Virus record (IMG/VR): IMGVR_UViG_3300022700_000208
Span: 1-64,000 of that record
DNA: 64,000 bases
Strand: one strand, 5' to 3'
DNA from: a virus
Part shown: one piece after another, positions 9,724 to 17,213 of the stretch
Position numbering within the stretch: the stretch's first letter is position 1
Layout of the letters: each line of letters starts with the position of its first letter
The notes under the pieces: model-generated
Databases searched by the model: none
Told to the model about the DNA's origin: nothing
What the model saw: only the letters and a program-made list of their open reading frames with translations
Position numbers and translations under genes: made by a program

Positions 9724-10073
9724 TATCCAATCTCCCCCCTCATAAACTTCAATACATCCTCAAAATCCTTAAAGTCTCTTTTTAACTGTTCATTTGATCT
9801 ATAGGGCCATCTGATTCGGAATTTGTCCCTTTTTTTAAAATAAGTGATGCTATGCCATTTATTATTTTTCAAAGCCAAGACGTGGGGAACACCTTTTCGA
9901 GAATACCTCATTCCTGACCTGGGGAGTTTTCTTATAATCATCAGACAGTAAATCTCAGCATCAGTTAAGAAAGTAGAGGTTTCAGTATTATCATCAGACA
10001 CAGAAACAATATTGGGAAACTTATCTTCTGTGCTAAACTTGTTACGTATAAAATCAAACATATTTACTCCCAC
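9723..10073 (-). CDS. hypothetical protein
   Basis: 116 aa, coupled to neighbours. Confidence 0.6.
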   Translation of the reverse strand: MGVNMFDFIRNKFSTEDKFPNIVSVSDDNTETSTFLTDAEIYCLMIIRKLPRSGMRYSRKGVPHVLALKNNKWHSITYFKKRDKFRIRWPYRSNEQLKRDFKDFEDVLKFMRGEIG

Positions 10074-10270
10074 TCATAATCACTATAAGGAGCCACAGGG
10101 AAACTGATAGCTACAAGTTGGTTGCAATTCCAGCAATTCAAGTCTTTTTCCGTATTCCCAAACTCATCCAAATCTTGAATATTTTTGGGAAGACATAGAT
10201 TTGGTTGTCCGCAATCGGGACAAAACCAAATCCATGCCCTCATCAAATTGGCTCTTTTTACATCAGCCAT
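10064..10270 (-). CDS. small zinc-ribbon protein
   Basis: CPDC...CWNC. Confidence 0.6.
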   Translation of the reverse strand: MADVKRANLMRAWIWFCPDCGQPNLCLPKNIQDLDEFGNTEKDLNCWNCNQLVAISFPVAPYSDYEWE

Positions 10271-10538
10271 TCTTCTTTTTCTTTGAAAATCCTTTGAGTT
10301 TGGACTTTAGCTTTTTCTTTTCCATTTCAAGCTTCATGTTGATAACTTCATCAGTGTTGAGCTTATAGATTCCAATAAGCTTTTTTAGGTTTTCCAAAGG
10401 AGGCTCACAAAGACCTCTCTCAAAATTAGAAACAAATTGAGGAGTTGAGTATCCCAATTTTTCAGCTACTTTAGCCTGAGTTAGTTTAGAATTAACTCTG
10501 GATTTCTTTAAATATTGTCCAAATTTTTTCCTATCCAT
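10263..10538 (-). CDS. XRE-family helix-turn-helix regulator
   Basis: LTQAKVAEKLGYSTPQFVSNFERG. Confidence 0.9.
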   Translation of the reverse strand: MDRKKFGQYLKKSRVNSKLTQAKVAEKLGYSTPQFVSNFERGLCEPPLENLKKLIGIYKLNTDEVINMKLEMEKKKLKSKLKGFSKKKKNG

Positions 10539-10565
10539 TTTCCTTCTCCTTAAACATTCTAATTC

Positions 10566-10787
10566 CTACATTTTTATTATTTCTCTTATGTTCTCCATGT
10601 GGGAATCAATGGCATTTCTGATGATTCTCACAGCTTCTTCCTTGCAGTCTTCTTTTTCTCTAGAAACAAAAAGAACATTTTCATCTTTCTCAATAATGTA
10701 TTTGGGTTCTCTTTTCTCGTGATAAAGGAAGATCCCAAACCCGCCATATTGTTTTTCCTTAAGAACCCAGAATCCATTAGAGGCCAT
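10566..10787 (-). CDS. hypothetical protein
   Basis: 73 aa in operon. Confidence 0.6.
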   Translation of the reverse strand: MASNGFWVLKEKQYGGFGIFLYHEKREPKYIIEKDENVLFVSREKEDCKEEAVRIIRNAIDSHMENIREIIKM

Positions 10788-11086
10788 TATTTATCTCCCT
10801 TAACTTTATTCATTGCTCCTTTTATTTTCATAAGAACCTCACCATCATCAGGGGAGGAAAATTCACCAAGATTGTCTTCAATAAATTCATAGGCAATCTC
10901 TAAAGCTTCATATAAATCTGGAGAAGAAGCCATCAACCTTGCATGGACTTCAGCATCTCCCTCAGTTCCCAAGACATGAGCAATTCTCCTCTTGGGGTTA
11001 GAGGAGAAAATATCAATGCGAGTTTTTTCAGGGTTCTTTTTACATACCCAAGGTTTAGATGCTGATTTATTCTTTAAATTATGCAT
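10787..11086 (-). CDS. conserved phage hypothetical protein (ARLMAS.PDLYEAL type)
   Basis: Motif common in small early phage proteins; SD GAGGT. Confidence 0.7.
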   Translation of the reverse strand: MHNLKNKSASKPWVCKKNPEKTRIDIFSSNPKRRIAHVLGTEGDAEVHARLMASSPDLYEALEIAYEFIEDNLGEFSSPDDGEVLMKIKGAMNKVKGDK

Positions 11087-11101
11087 ATTTACCTCAAATA
11101 T

Positions 11102-11129
11102 AAAAGGGAGGCCCGAAGGCCCCCGCTTT
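11102..11129 (-). terminator. Intrinsic terminator after the DUF932 gene
   Basis: GGGGCC-TTCG-GGCCTC followed by CCTTTT on the minus strand. Confidence 0.75.
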
Positions 11130-11134
11130 AATAG

Positions 11135-12241
11135 TTATGCAGATTTTTCAGCAATTTCTTTCCACTGAGACTTATTAAGATCCAGGATCATTCCACCTGC
11201 TCTTTCCATCTCAATAGAATCCTCATAGGAAATTTCCTCAACTTGGTGAGCCGCTTTGGTGAATGAGTTGACAAGTCCGTATTTGGTGAGTCCTGCACCC
11301 TCATTTCCTGAGGCCAATGCAGCAAGGATTCCTTCCTTCTTATTTTCACCTTGGACTTTTGTAGCCTTCATGGCCTTATCGACAACCTTATCCAACTTAG
11401 TATTTTCAATGGGGATCTCAGTAGCTTCTTTTAGACGCTCTACTTCTCTTTCAAAATTGACTTGCTCCATGCTAGCTTTCAGGATGTCTTGCACCTTATC
11501 CCAAAACACAGCATCATCTTTTTGCAAAGTCTCATCTGATAGAACCTCAAAGACCTCTCTTTCCACCTGATTGCGTCCAGTATGAAACCGCTTCATAGCA
11601 GTATTGCTGATCATTCCATTGTCACAAACCAAACGATAGATCATGGGCTCAATTCTAAGGGAGCCTGATCCCACATCAGAATTTGAAATTGTGAGTCCAT
11701 ATTGAACGGTATCACCTTTTTGAATTTCCGTTTTTAGTTTGGGGGAAAGAGCTTTCACAAAAAGCCTACGCTCAGTGTTCTCACTGGATACCACTTCCAT
11801 TCCGTTTTCAAAGATCACAGGAAGGGCTGTCTCAAGTAACTTGTGGGAATCCAGGGGACGGTAGTAGGAAGAGAGAAAACCTCTCAAATACCCATCCAGA
11901 GACCTGATCATTCGACCTTCTGGCTTATTCCCTCTTTTGACTATTTGCCCTTTGTTTTCTAGACCATGGTTGATGTTGTCAGTGAGAAGAATTGGGTTCT
12001 CTTGCTGTAGCTTATGAAAATACCGAACGGGGATATCCAGATAAGAGGCTACTTGCTGAGAAGAATGAGAATTGAGACCGAAGGAATGCTCACCCTCATT
12101 GGTTTCAAAGGCAATGTTGACCTGTTGGTTATCCCCAACCTTTGCCTCCAATTCTTTAGTCGGAACAATAAAGTCTTGCTTTTGTTCCTGGATTCTCTCT
12201 AGCTCCTTTGCCATGTCTGTGAGAGATTTTCCTGTTAACAT
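11135..12241 (-). CDS. DUF932/DUF945-like phage protein
   Basis: RGFLSSYYRPLD, ISNSDVGSGSL, YRLVCDNGMI. Confidence 0.8.
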   Translation of the reverse strand: MLTGKSLTDMAKELERIQEQKQDFIVPTKELEAKVGDNQQVNIAFETNEGEHSFGLNSHSSQQVASYLDIPVRYFHKLQQENPILLTDNINHGLENKGQIVKRGNKPEGRMIRSLDGYLRGFLSSYYRPLDSHKLLETALPVIFENGMEVVSSENTERRLFVKALSPKLKTEIQKGDTVQYGLTISNSDVGSGSLRIEPMIYRLVCDNGMISNTAMKRFHTGRNQVEREVFEVLSDETLQKDDAVFWDKVQDILKASMEQVNFEREVERLKEATEIPIENTKLDKVVDKAMKATKVQGENKKEGILAALASGNEGAGLTKYGLVNSFTKAAHQVEEISYEDSIEMERAGGMILDLNKSQWKEIAEKSA

Positions 12242-12306
12242 AATGTACCTCCTTAGTGCCTATCCCTCTTTGGGGCTCATTCCCCTAGGGAGTCGGATAT
12301 GGGTTT

Positions 12307-12370
12307 ATGGCCTATCTCATCAGTGTCGGGAGGCCATCCCCGATCAGACGGGCATATTGCCCGTTTCGAT
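12307..12370 (-). ncRNA. Type II hammerhead ribozyme with pseudoknot
   Basis: AUC-GAAA-C-GGGCA(AUA)UGCCC-G-UC/cleavage-stem I-CUGAUGA-GAU; the stem I loop AUGGCCU pairs with the 3' AGGCCAU. Confidence 0.85.
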
Positions 12371-12664
12371 TTATTTCTTTTTGACTTTGGGAAACTCAAC
12401 CTTCGTCTCGTAGAGCAGTCCCTTGTCGATCAGCTTTTGCTCCCCAATTGCATTTGCAACGTCTTTCCAGTTGGCCAGTGTGGTTCTGTTTTGATTAACA
12501 ATCTTGAGTGAATAGTCCTTGGTTTCAGTGGCACCCATTTCTATGAGGTGCTTTTTAAGTTCATCTTTTTGCTTTTTGATCTCATTTTCCTGGTCAGTTA
12601 GTTCTTTGTATTTGGCTAGTTTTTGGTTTGGTGTGAGTTTGGAAAAGCTCATTTTATCCCCCAT
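12371..12664 (-). CDS. hypothetical protein
   Basis: 97 aa in operon. Confidence 0.65.
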   Translation of the reverse strand: MGDKMSFSKLTPNQKLAKYKELTDQENEIKKQKDELKKHLIEMGATETKDYSLKIVNQNRTTLANWKDVANAIGEQKLIDKGLLYETKVEFPKVKKK

Positions 12665-13536
12665 TAGGCTATCTGGTCGTTTTTAAGTTCAATTCCCTGC
12701 TCTTCTAGAATGTCTTGAATGGATTGGGATTGTTTTTTGGAAGAGTCGTAACGGAATTTGTGGTTTATTTGCTTTTCAGCTTCTAGATAGCGGTTAACAA
12801 GCTTGGGATTGTGTTGGGCAGCAATGGCAATTTCTTTCTTTGAGGAATAAATGCAGATAGCGCATGAAGCTCTTGATACTCCCAATGCATAGCAAGGGTG
12901 CTTTGGCATTTCATAGAAATTGTTTTCAGCCCAAACCTTGCCTTCAGTCCAGTCTACAATAGGACTGGCTTTAATCATCATAGTGCCTTTTCTCTTATAA
13001 ACCTTCTCATTAAAGACATGCTTTCTAGCGCGGCGAGTTGATTCTTCAGCGCGTTCTCCGCAAAGAACCAAGACGTTTCCCCCAAGTTGGGAGCAAAACT
13101 TATCGCAAGGCTGAGTCTTGACCTGAGCCGTACACCATTGCTGGTTAGGGCCAGGCCACTTCTTTTGCTTTTTCTCTCCAGTTTTGCGATCAACCTGACC
13201 AGCCAATAGAAGATCAAGAACGCCTTTCTCATCCTCACGTTTCACGATGTGGAGCTTTACCCCAAGATTTTCACATTGGGCTTTTACAGTAGGCAGTGTT
13301 TCGTCCCAATCGGTATCAAGTTCAGCATGGAGAGCTATGATGCGATCAGCACCAAAAGTTCGAGTGGCCCAACAAAGAAGAGCCCCTGAATCCTTCCCTC
13401 CAGAAGTAGAGACCACAATATGATCAAAAGAGCCTTCAGCATCCATTCGCTGGAGCCTGTTCCTTAAAGCCTGCCCTCTGTGGTTGATTTTAGTCTTGTT
13501 TGGTGTGTATGTATTCTTAGCCATTTTTACCCCCAA
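12664..13536 (-). CDS. PAPS reductase-family protein
   Basis: PP-loop STSGGKDS, WCTAQVK, GERAEESTRR, RASCAIC. Confidence 0.85.
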   Translation of the reverse strand: MGVKMAKNTYTPNKTKINHRGQALRNRLQRMDAEGSFDHIVVSTSGGKDSGALLCWATRTFGADRIIALHAELDTDWDETLPTVKAQCENLGVKLHIVKREDEKGVLDLLLAGQVDRKTGEKKQKKWPGPNQQWCTAQVKTQPCDKFCSQLGGNVLVLCGERAEESTRRARKHVFNEKVYKRKGTMMIKASPIVDWTEGKVWAENNFYEMPKHPCYALGVSRASCAICIYSSKKEIAIAAQHNPKLVNRYLEAEKQINHKFRYDSSKKQSQSIQDILEEQGIELKNDQIA

Positions 13537-13565
13537 GTTTTTAATAACCTTAACTATCTATATTC

Positions 13566-13594
13566 ATTCTACGTCCTAACTTAATGAAAAGCAA
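13566..13594 (-). promoter_or_regulatory. sigma70-type early promoter for the leftward operon
   Basis: TTGCTT-17 bp-TAGAAT. Confidence 0.7.
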
Positions 13595-13635
13595 GGAATT
13601 AATTATAATTAATTCTAAAATCCCACAAAATGAGG

Positions 13636-14348
13636 GATTTCAGTGACTTACCGCGTCTCAAATTATTAATAATTCGATTTTTGTGATGCTCTGCATGAGA
13701 GAAGATGTGTGATGGGAAGGATTACCTGGTAGCAGAGCCTGAAATTGCCGTCAATCACCAAGGCAATGAGAGCTTCTGTGAGCCCTACAGGGGCTATTAT
13801 GGTCAATCATAGGGACCTGAGCCCAAAAGCCAAACACAATCAAAATATGTGGCTCTCTGAGGCTTCTGGATATATCCCATGCCTGAGATATATCTCAAAC
13901 CGATTTGGGCATCCAATACAGCCGACACAGGGCTCCGACAGGGGGAGGAGGCCCCCGTAGTAGGGGCCTTTCCAAAACAAAGTGATTTCAGATACTTAAC
14001 TCGCTGTGGACCAGGTAAACAACCACAATATTAGCCGCTTTGTAAGTTACTGAAATCAGGGCTTGTTATTTCCGTGAGCGGCGTTTCAAGCCGTTCAAAT
14101 TGGGGGGGTTTCGACCTACGCGCTCTGTGTCACCAAAATTCCATAGAAATTCCAATAACTTAAATTATTTTTATTTAAGAAAAGAAGAGTTCAAAAAAGG
14201 CTCAAAAAAGGGCCAAAAAGCCTTCTGAAGCCACAAAATAAAATATGTTTTTGCTATATTCAGCGCATTAGACGCATAGTACCGAACAACGTGCTCACTT
14301 TGTAAGAAAATTTAAGACAGAAAATTTCTGAGAGAAATCAATGAGTTA
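13636..14348. repeat. Dispersed GATTTCAGnnACTTA (IHF-like) repeats in the non-coding divergence region
   Basis: Copies at 13636, 13984, 14043 (reverse), 14148, 14335. Confidence 0.6.
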
Positions 14349-14627
14349 TGATATTAACAAAAATTTAACTGAACACTAGGTCGGGTGCTGTCGTTAAAGA
14401 AAGAAAGTACCAAAGAAAGAAACCTCAATCGAATAATTGATCTAGCGATCAATTATATTGTTTACCCTTGATTGTTCATTCGCTTCGCTCATTCACAATC
14501 AAGTATATTTTTCTTAGCCCCTATATTCTTTTTTAAAAAGAAACACTGAGTCAGAAGTGATCAATACTATTAAAACTGAAGAAAAAATCAATCCAAACAA
14601 AATATAACACAAAGTATTATATGTGTA

Positions 14628-14661
14628 GGGGATCTGAGGTCTGAGAGGACCTCAGATCCCC
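14628..14661. repeat. Perfect 14-bp inverted repeat
   Basis: GGGGATCTGAGGTC-TGAGAG-GACCTCAGATCCCC. Confidence 0.85.
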
Positions 14662-14905
14662 AAACCAAGAATTTCACAAAAGTTACATAAGAATTTTACG
14701 TAATATTTTGTATATTCCTTCAGTAAATCCTCTTTTTTCTTCATCCCCAATAAATACGATGAATTATTTTGGGGGTGACACTATGCATAAAAATAATACC
14801 TGTTTACTTTTTGATTGGATTAATCTTGATCCTAGGGGTTTTTTAGTTTAAGCGCATGTTTACCCAGTTAATTGCTCTTTTTGTTAAGTTGCAGGAGGTT
14901 TTTTA

Positions 14906-15283
14906 ATGAATAAGCCAGAAGTTTTATTTAAAGATGGGGAATATAGAGTGGTCAGGAAGACAGAAAAAGAGCCAGCGGATAACATCTATCTCAACTTTAT
15001 TGTGGAAAAGAGAGTTGGAGAGGATTCTTTGGGCAATGAGAGTTGGATTCCAGAATTTTCATTTCATGATTTGGTTATAAAATCGAAACATGAAGAGCGT
15101 TTCTTTGTTAAGGGGGAAAGTATCATTTTTCTTTTCAATGCTATTGATACCTTTTATAGAAAACTAAGAACAGCAGAAAATAGGCTGAATGAATATAGAG
15201 ATGCCTTTCCAGAAGGCAAATCCAATCTGCAAGAGATAACAGAAAAAACGGAATTGGGTGGAGATTCAGGAGAATTGTGTTGA
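14906..15283 (+). CDS. hypothetical protein
   Basis: SD AGGAGG, 125 aa. Confidence 0.75.
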   Translation: MNKPEVLFKDGEYRVVRKTEKEPADNIYLNFIVEKRVGEDSLGNESWIPEFSFHDLVIKSKHEERFFVKGESIIFLFNAIDTFYRKLRTAENRLNEYRDAFPEGKSNLQEITEKTELGGDSGELC

Positions 15284-15489
15284 CTTATAAATTGGATGGG
15301 CATGATTTCACTTTAAATCTTAATGAGCGTCAACTTGAACTTCTCATTCAAACCTGTGAGTCAATGGCTGATTATGATCAAAATGCTGATCCCAGTGAGG
15401 TTCCCCCGTATGCCTCAAAGGATTGGGATGTGATTTTAAACCAATTGAAAGATATGAAAGAGGTGTTTGATGAACAAAATAAAAATTGA
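15277..15489 (+). CDS. hypothetical protein
   Basis: SD AGGAG, GTG start. Confidence 0.6.
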   Translation: MLTYKLDGHDFTLNLNERQLELLIQTCESMADYDQNADPSEVPPYASKDWDVILNQLKDMKEVFDEQNKN

Positions 15490-15616
15490 GTTCTTATTTA
15501 AGACTATGTACAACCCAGGGGAAGATGCACCTCCTCAGTTTCAAACCGAAGGTGGAATTATATTCACTAAACAATATATCCCTATCTTACAAGAAAAGTT
15601 GGAATTGAAAAGATAG

Positions 15617-15958
15617 TTGATTGAGGGGTTTATGAGTCACTATAGCAATGATCCACAGAATGTGAGAGTTGATTTCTTTAAGCCATCGGGAAAGTGGTAT
15701 GCCACTGAGCAAGTAACAATGGTGGGTTGGAGGGGAGATGAAGTTCTCATTCATGATTCTTTAGTTGATGCTCTAGATAATTTGGAGAGAAAGGATGGAG
15801 GGCCTCTATTTAGGGGGATGCAAGTTATTTGCCTTGAGCCTTATCATGAGTTTTCTCATCCCATTTCAATAAAAGAATGGAATGGAAAAGAGGAGTGGTT
15901 AAAAGAGAAGGCTGAAATTAAAAGGAAAATTGGGATGGACCAGGGACTTGAACCCTAA
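15617..15958 (+). CDS. conserved phage hypothetical protein
   Basis: VRVDFFKPSGKWY motif; probable start ATG 15632. Confidence 0.7.
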   Translation: MIEGFMSHYSNDPQNVRVDFFKPSGKWYATEQVTMVGWRGDEVLIHDSLVDALDNLERKDGGPLFRGMQVICLEPYHEFSHPISIKEWNGKEEWLKEKAEIKRKIGMDQGLEP

Positions 15959-16018
15959 CCTGAAATATATTTCAAAAATTTCTTGATCTTGAAATATATT
16001 TAACCGATCCTGAATTCT

Positions 16019-16078
16019 ATGAAGTTTTTAAACCGAGCCCGCACAACCTGGACAGAGGGAGGCTACAGTATGATGTAG
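16019..16078 (+). CDS. Attenuator leader peptide 1 MKFLNRARTTWTEGGYSMM
   Basis: Codon run ACA ACC TGG ACA GAG GGA GGC matches the downstream Thr/Trp/Glu/Gly tRNAs; no SD, possibly leaderless. Confidence 0.8.
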   Translation: MKFLNRARTTWTEGGYSMM

Positions 16079-16148
16079 TTTGGGGCTTGGTGCGATCAAA
16101 ACCGAATTGAAGAAATAGAACCCAAGCCCAAAGAGCTTGGGTTTTTTA
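16033..16148 (+). promoter_or_regulatory. Transcription attenuator of tRNA operon 1
   Basis: Segment 1 CCGAGCCC (16033-40), segment 2 GGGCTTGG (16083-90), segment 3 CCAAGCCC (16122-29), segment 4 GCTTGGGTT plus U-tract. Confidence 0.85.
16119..16148 (+). terminator. Attenuator terminator 1
   Basis: AACCCAAGC-ccaaaga-GCTTGGGTT-TTTT, 5 nt before tRNA-Glu. Confidence 0.9.
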
Positions 16149-16152
16149 TTTT

Positions 16153-16228
16153 GCGGCTATCGTCTAATGGTTAAGGATACCAGACTTTCTATCTGGGGAT
16201 GGGGGTTCAAATCCCCCTGGCCGCGCCA
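16153..16228 (+). tRNA. tRNA-Glu(TTC)
   Basis: Cloverleaf, CCAGA-CTTTCTA-TCTGG, TTCAAAT, encoded CCA. Confidence 0.93.
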
Positions 16229-16231
16229 TAT

Positions 16232-16308
16232 CCGTTAGTAGCTCAATTGGCTAGAGCGCCTGACTTCCAATCAGGAGGCTGTGGGTTCGAGCCCCACCTA
16301 GCGGTCCA
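16232..16308 (+). tRNA. tRNA-Gly(TCC)
   Basis: CCTGA-CTTCCAA-TCAGG, ends TCCA. Confidence 0.93.
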
Positions 16309-16309
16309 T

Positions 16310-16383
16310 AGGAGGGTGATCTAATGGTAAGAGCACAGACTCCAAATCTGTGAATGTTGGTTCAAGTCCAGCCCTTCCTGCCA
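16310..16383 (+). tRNA. tRNA-Trp(CCA)
   Basis: ACAGA-CTCCAAA-TCTGT, ends GCCA. Confidence 0.93.
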
Positions 16384-16384
16384 T

Positions 16385-16461
16385 GCCTCTGTAGCTCAAT
16401 TGGCTAGAGCAGCGGTCTTGTAAACCGAAGGTTGGGTGTTCGAGTCACCCCAGGGGCTCCA
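16385..16461 (+). tRNA. tRNA-Thr(TGT)
   Basis: GCGGT-CTTGTAA-ACCGA, ends TCCA. Confidence 0.93.
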
Positions 16462-16565
16462 TTTTTCAAAAAATGCAGACTAGAATTGGGGATTTTTGAT
16501 TTTCAAATTTCTACTTGAGATTTTTTAAGGCTTGTCCGATTATAGAAGGGACTTAAGAGGAGATT

Positions 16566-16643
16566 ATGCAAACACTACGCATAGCCATGATTTTTAATGT
16601 GGATAGAGCGGATAGAGTCCTAGGTAAGGAGGGCATGGCGTAG
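16566..16643 (+). CDS. Attenuator leader peptide 2 MQTLRIAMIFNVDRADRVLGKEGMA
   Basis: SD AGAGGAG; codons ATA, ATG, ATT, TTT, AAT, GAT, AGA, GAT, AGA match all downstream tRNA anticodons. Confidence 0.88.
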   Translation: MQTLRIAMIFNVDRADRVLGKEGMA

Positions 16644-16709
16644 GTTTGTATTAAGTTACAGTTTGATTTTGGAAACCTAACCCAGGCCCTAAAAAGCCTG
16701 GGTTTTTTT
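16569..16709 (+). promoter_or_regulatory. Transcription attenuator of tRNA operon 2
   Basis: Antiterminator 16630-47 pairs 16673-90 (15/18 bp); protector 16569-89 pairs 16634-48. Confidence 0.88.
16679..16709 (+). terminator. Attenuator terminator 2
   Basis: AACCCAGGC-cctaaaaa-GCCTGGGTT-TTTTT, directly before the tRNA. Confidence 0.9.
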
Positions 16710-16711
16710 AT

Positions 16712-16787
16712 TCCTGGGTATCTTAATTGGCAAAGAACCCGCCTCATAAGCGGGGGTATGCTGGTTCAAGTCCAGCCCCAGGAACCA
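16712..16787 (+). tRNA. tRNA-CAT (Ile2 or Met)
   Basis: CCCGC-CTCATAA-GCGGG, ends ACCA. Confidence 0.88.
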
Positions 16788-16788
16788 T

Positions 16789-16860
16789 AGCTGGATAGCT
16801 CAAGGGTAGAGCATCTGACCGATAATCAGAAGGTTGCAGGTTCAAATCCTGCTCCAGCTA
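16789..16860 (+). tRNA. tRNA-Ile(GAT)
   Basis: TCTGA-CCGATAA-TCAGA (C33); followed by TCA rather than CCA. Confidence 0.88.
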
Positions 16861-16901
16861 TCATTTTAAAAGGAGAATTATTTATAATTAAAAAGTTATA
16901 T

Positions 16902-16977
16902 TCAGGGGTAGTTCAATTGGAAGAACGCGTGACTGTTAATCACGTAGTTGCTGGTTCGAGTCCAGCCCTCTGAGCCA
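16902..16977 (+). tRNA. tRNA-Asn(GTT)
   Basis: CGTGA-CTGTTAA-TCACG, ends GCCA. Confidence 0.93.
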
Positions 16978-16979
16978 AT

Positions 16980-17053
16980 TGCGGGATAGTGTAAAGGCAA
17001 CATGCAGGTCTCATAAGCCTGAGCTGGGTGTTCGAGTCACCCTCCCGCAACCA
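16980..17053 (+). tRNA. tRNA-Met(CAT), acceptor stem resembling fMet
   Basis: TGCGGGA/TCCCGCA acceptor; CAGGT-CTCATAA-GCCTG. Confidence 0.88.
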
Positions 17054-17055
17054 AT

Positions 17056-17132
17056 CTGAGAGTAGTTCAATTGGAGAGAACATTGCCCTTCTAAGGCAAA
17101 TGCTGAAGGTTCGAGTCCTTCCTCTCAGGCCA
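17056..17132 (+). tRNA. tRNA-Arg(TCT)
   Basis: TTGCC-CTTCTAA-GGCAA, ends GCCA. Confidence 0.93.
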
Positions 17133-17133
17133 T

Positions 17134-17209
17134 GCAGGGATAGCTCAGATGGTAGAGCACTGGATTGAAAATCCAGGTGTCAGTGGTTCAATTCCACTTC
17201 CCTGCACCA
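17134..17209 (+). tRNA. tRNA-Phe(GAA)
   Basis: CTGGA-TTGAAAA-TCCAG, ends ACCA. Confidence 0.93.
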
Positions 17210-17213
17210 ATTG

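Noticed and set aside
12664-13536. DndC/phosphorothioation system
   Set aside because: No other dnd/ssp genes; solitary PAPS-reductase-family genes are common in phages
13745-13960. 71-aa ORF in the divergence region
   Set aside because: TTG start, no SD, atypical composition
16019-16709. T-box riboswitch as the tRNA operon control
   Set aside because: No T-box UGGNACC antiterminator bulge or stem I. The translated leaders explain the structures better.
16553-16747. Minus-strand 64-aa ORF in the track
   Set aside because: Antisense to leader 2, its terminator and a tRNA
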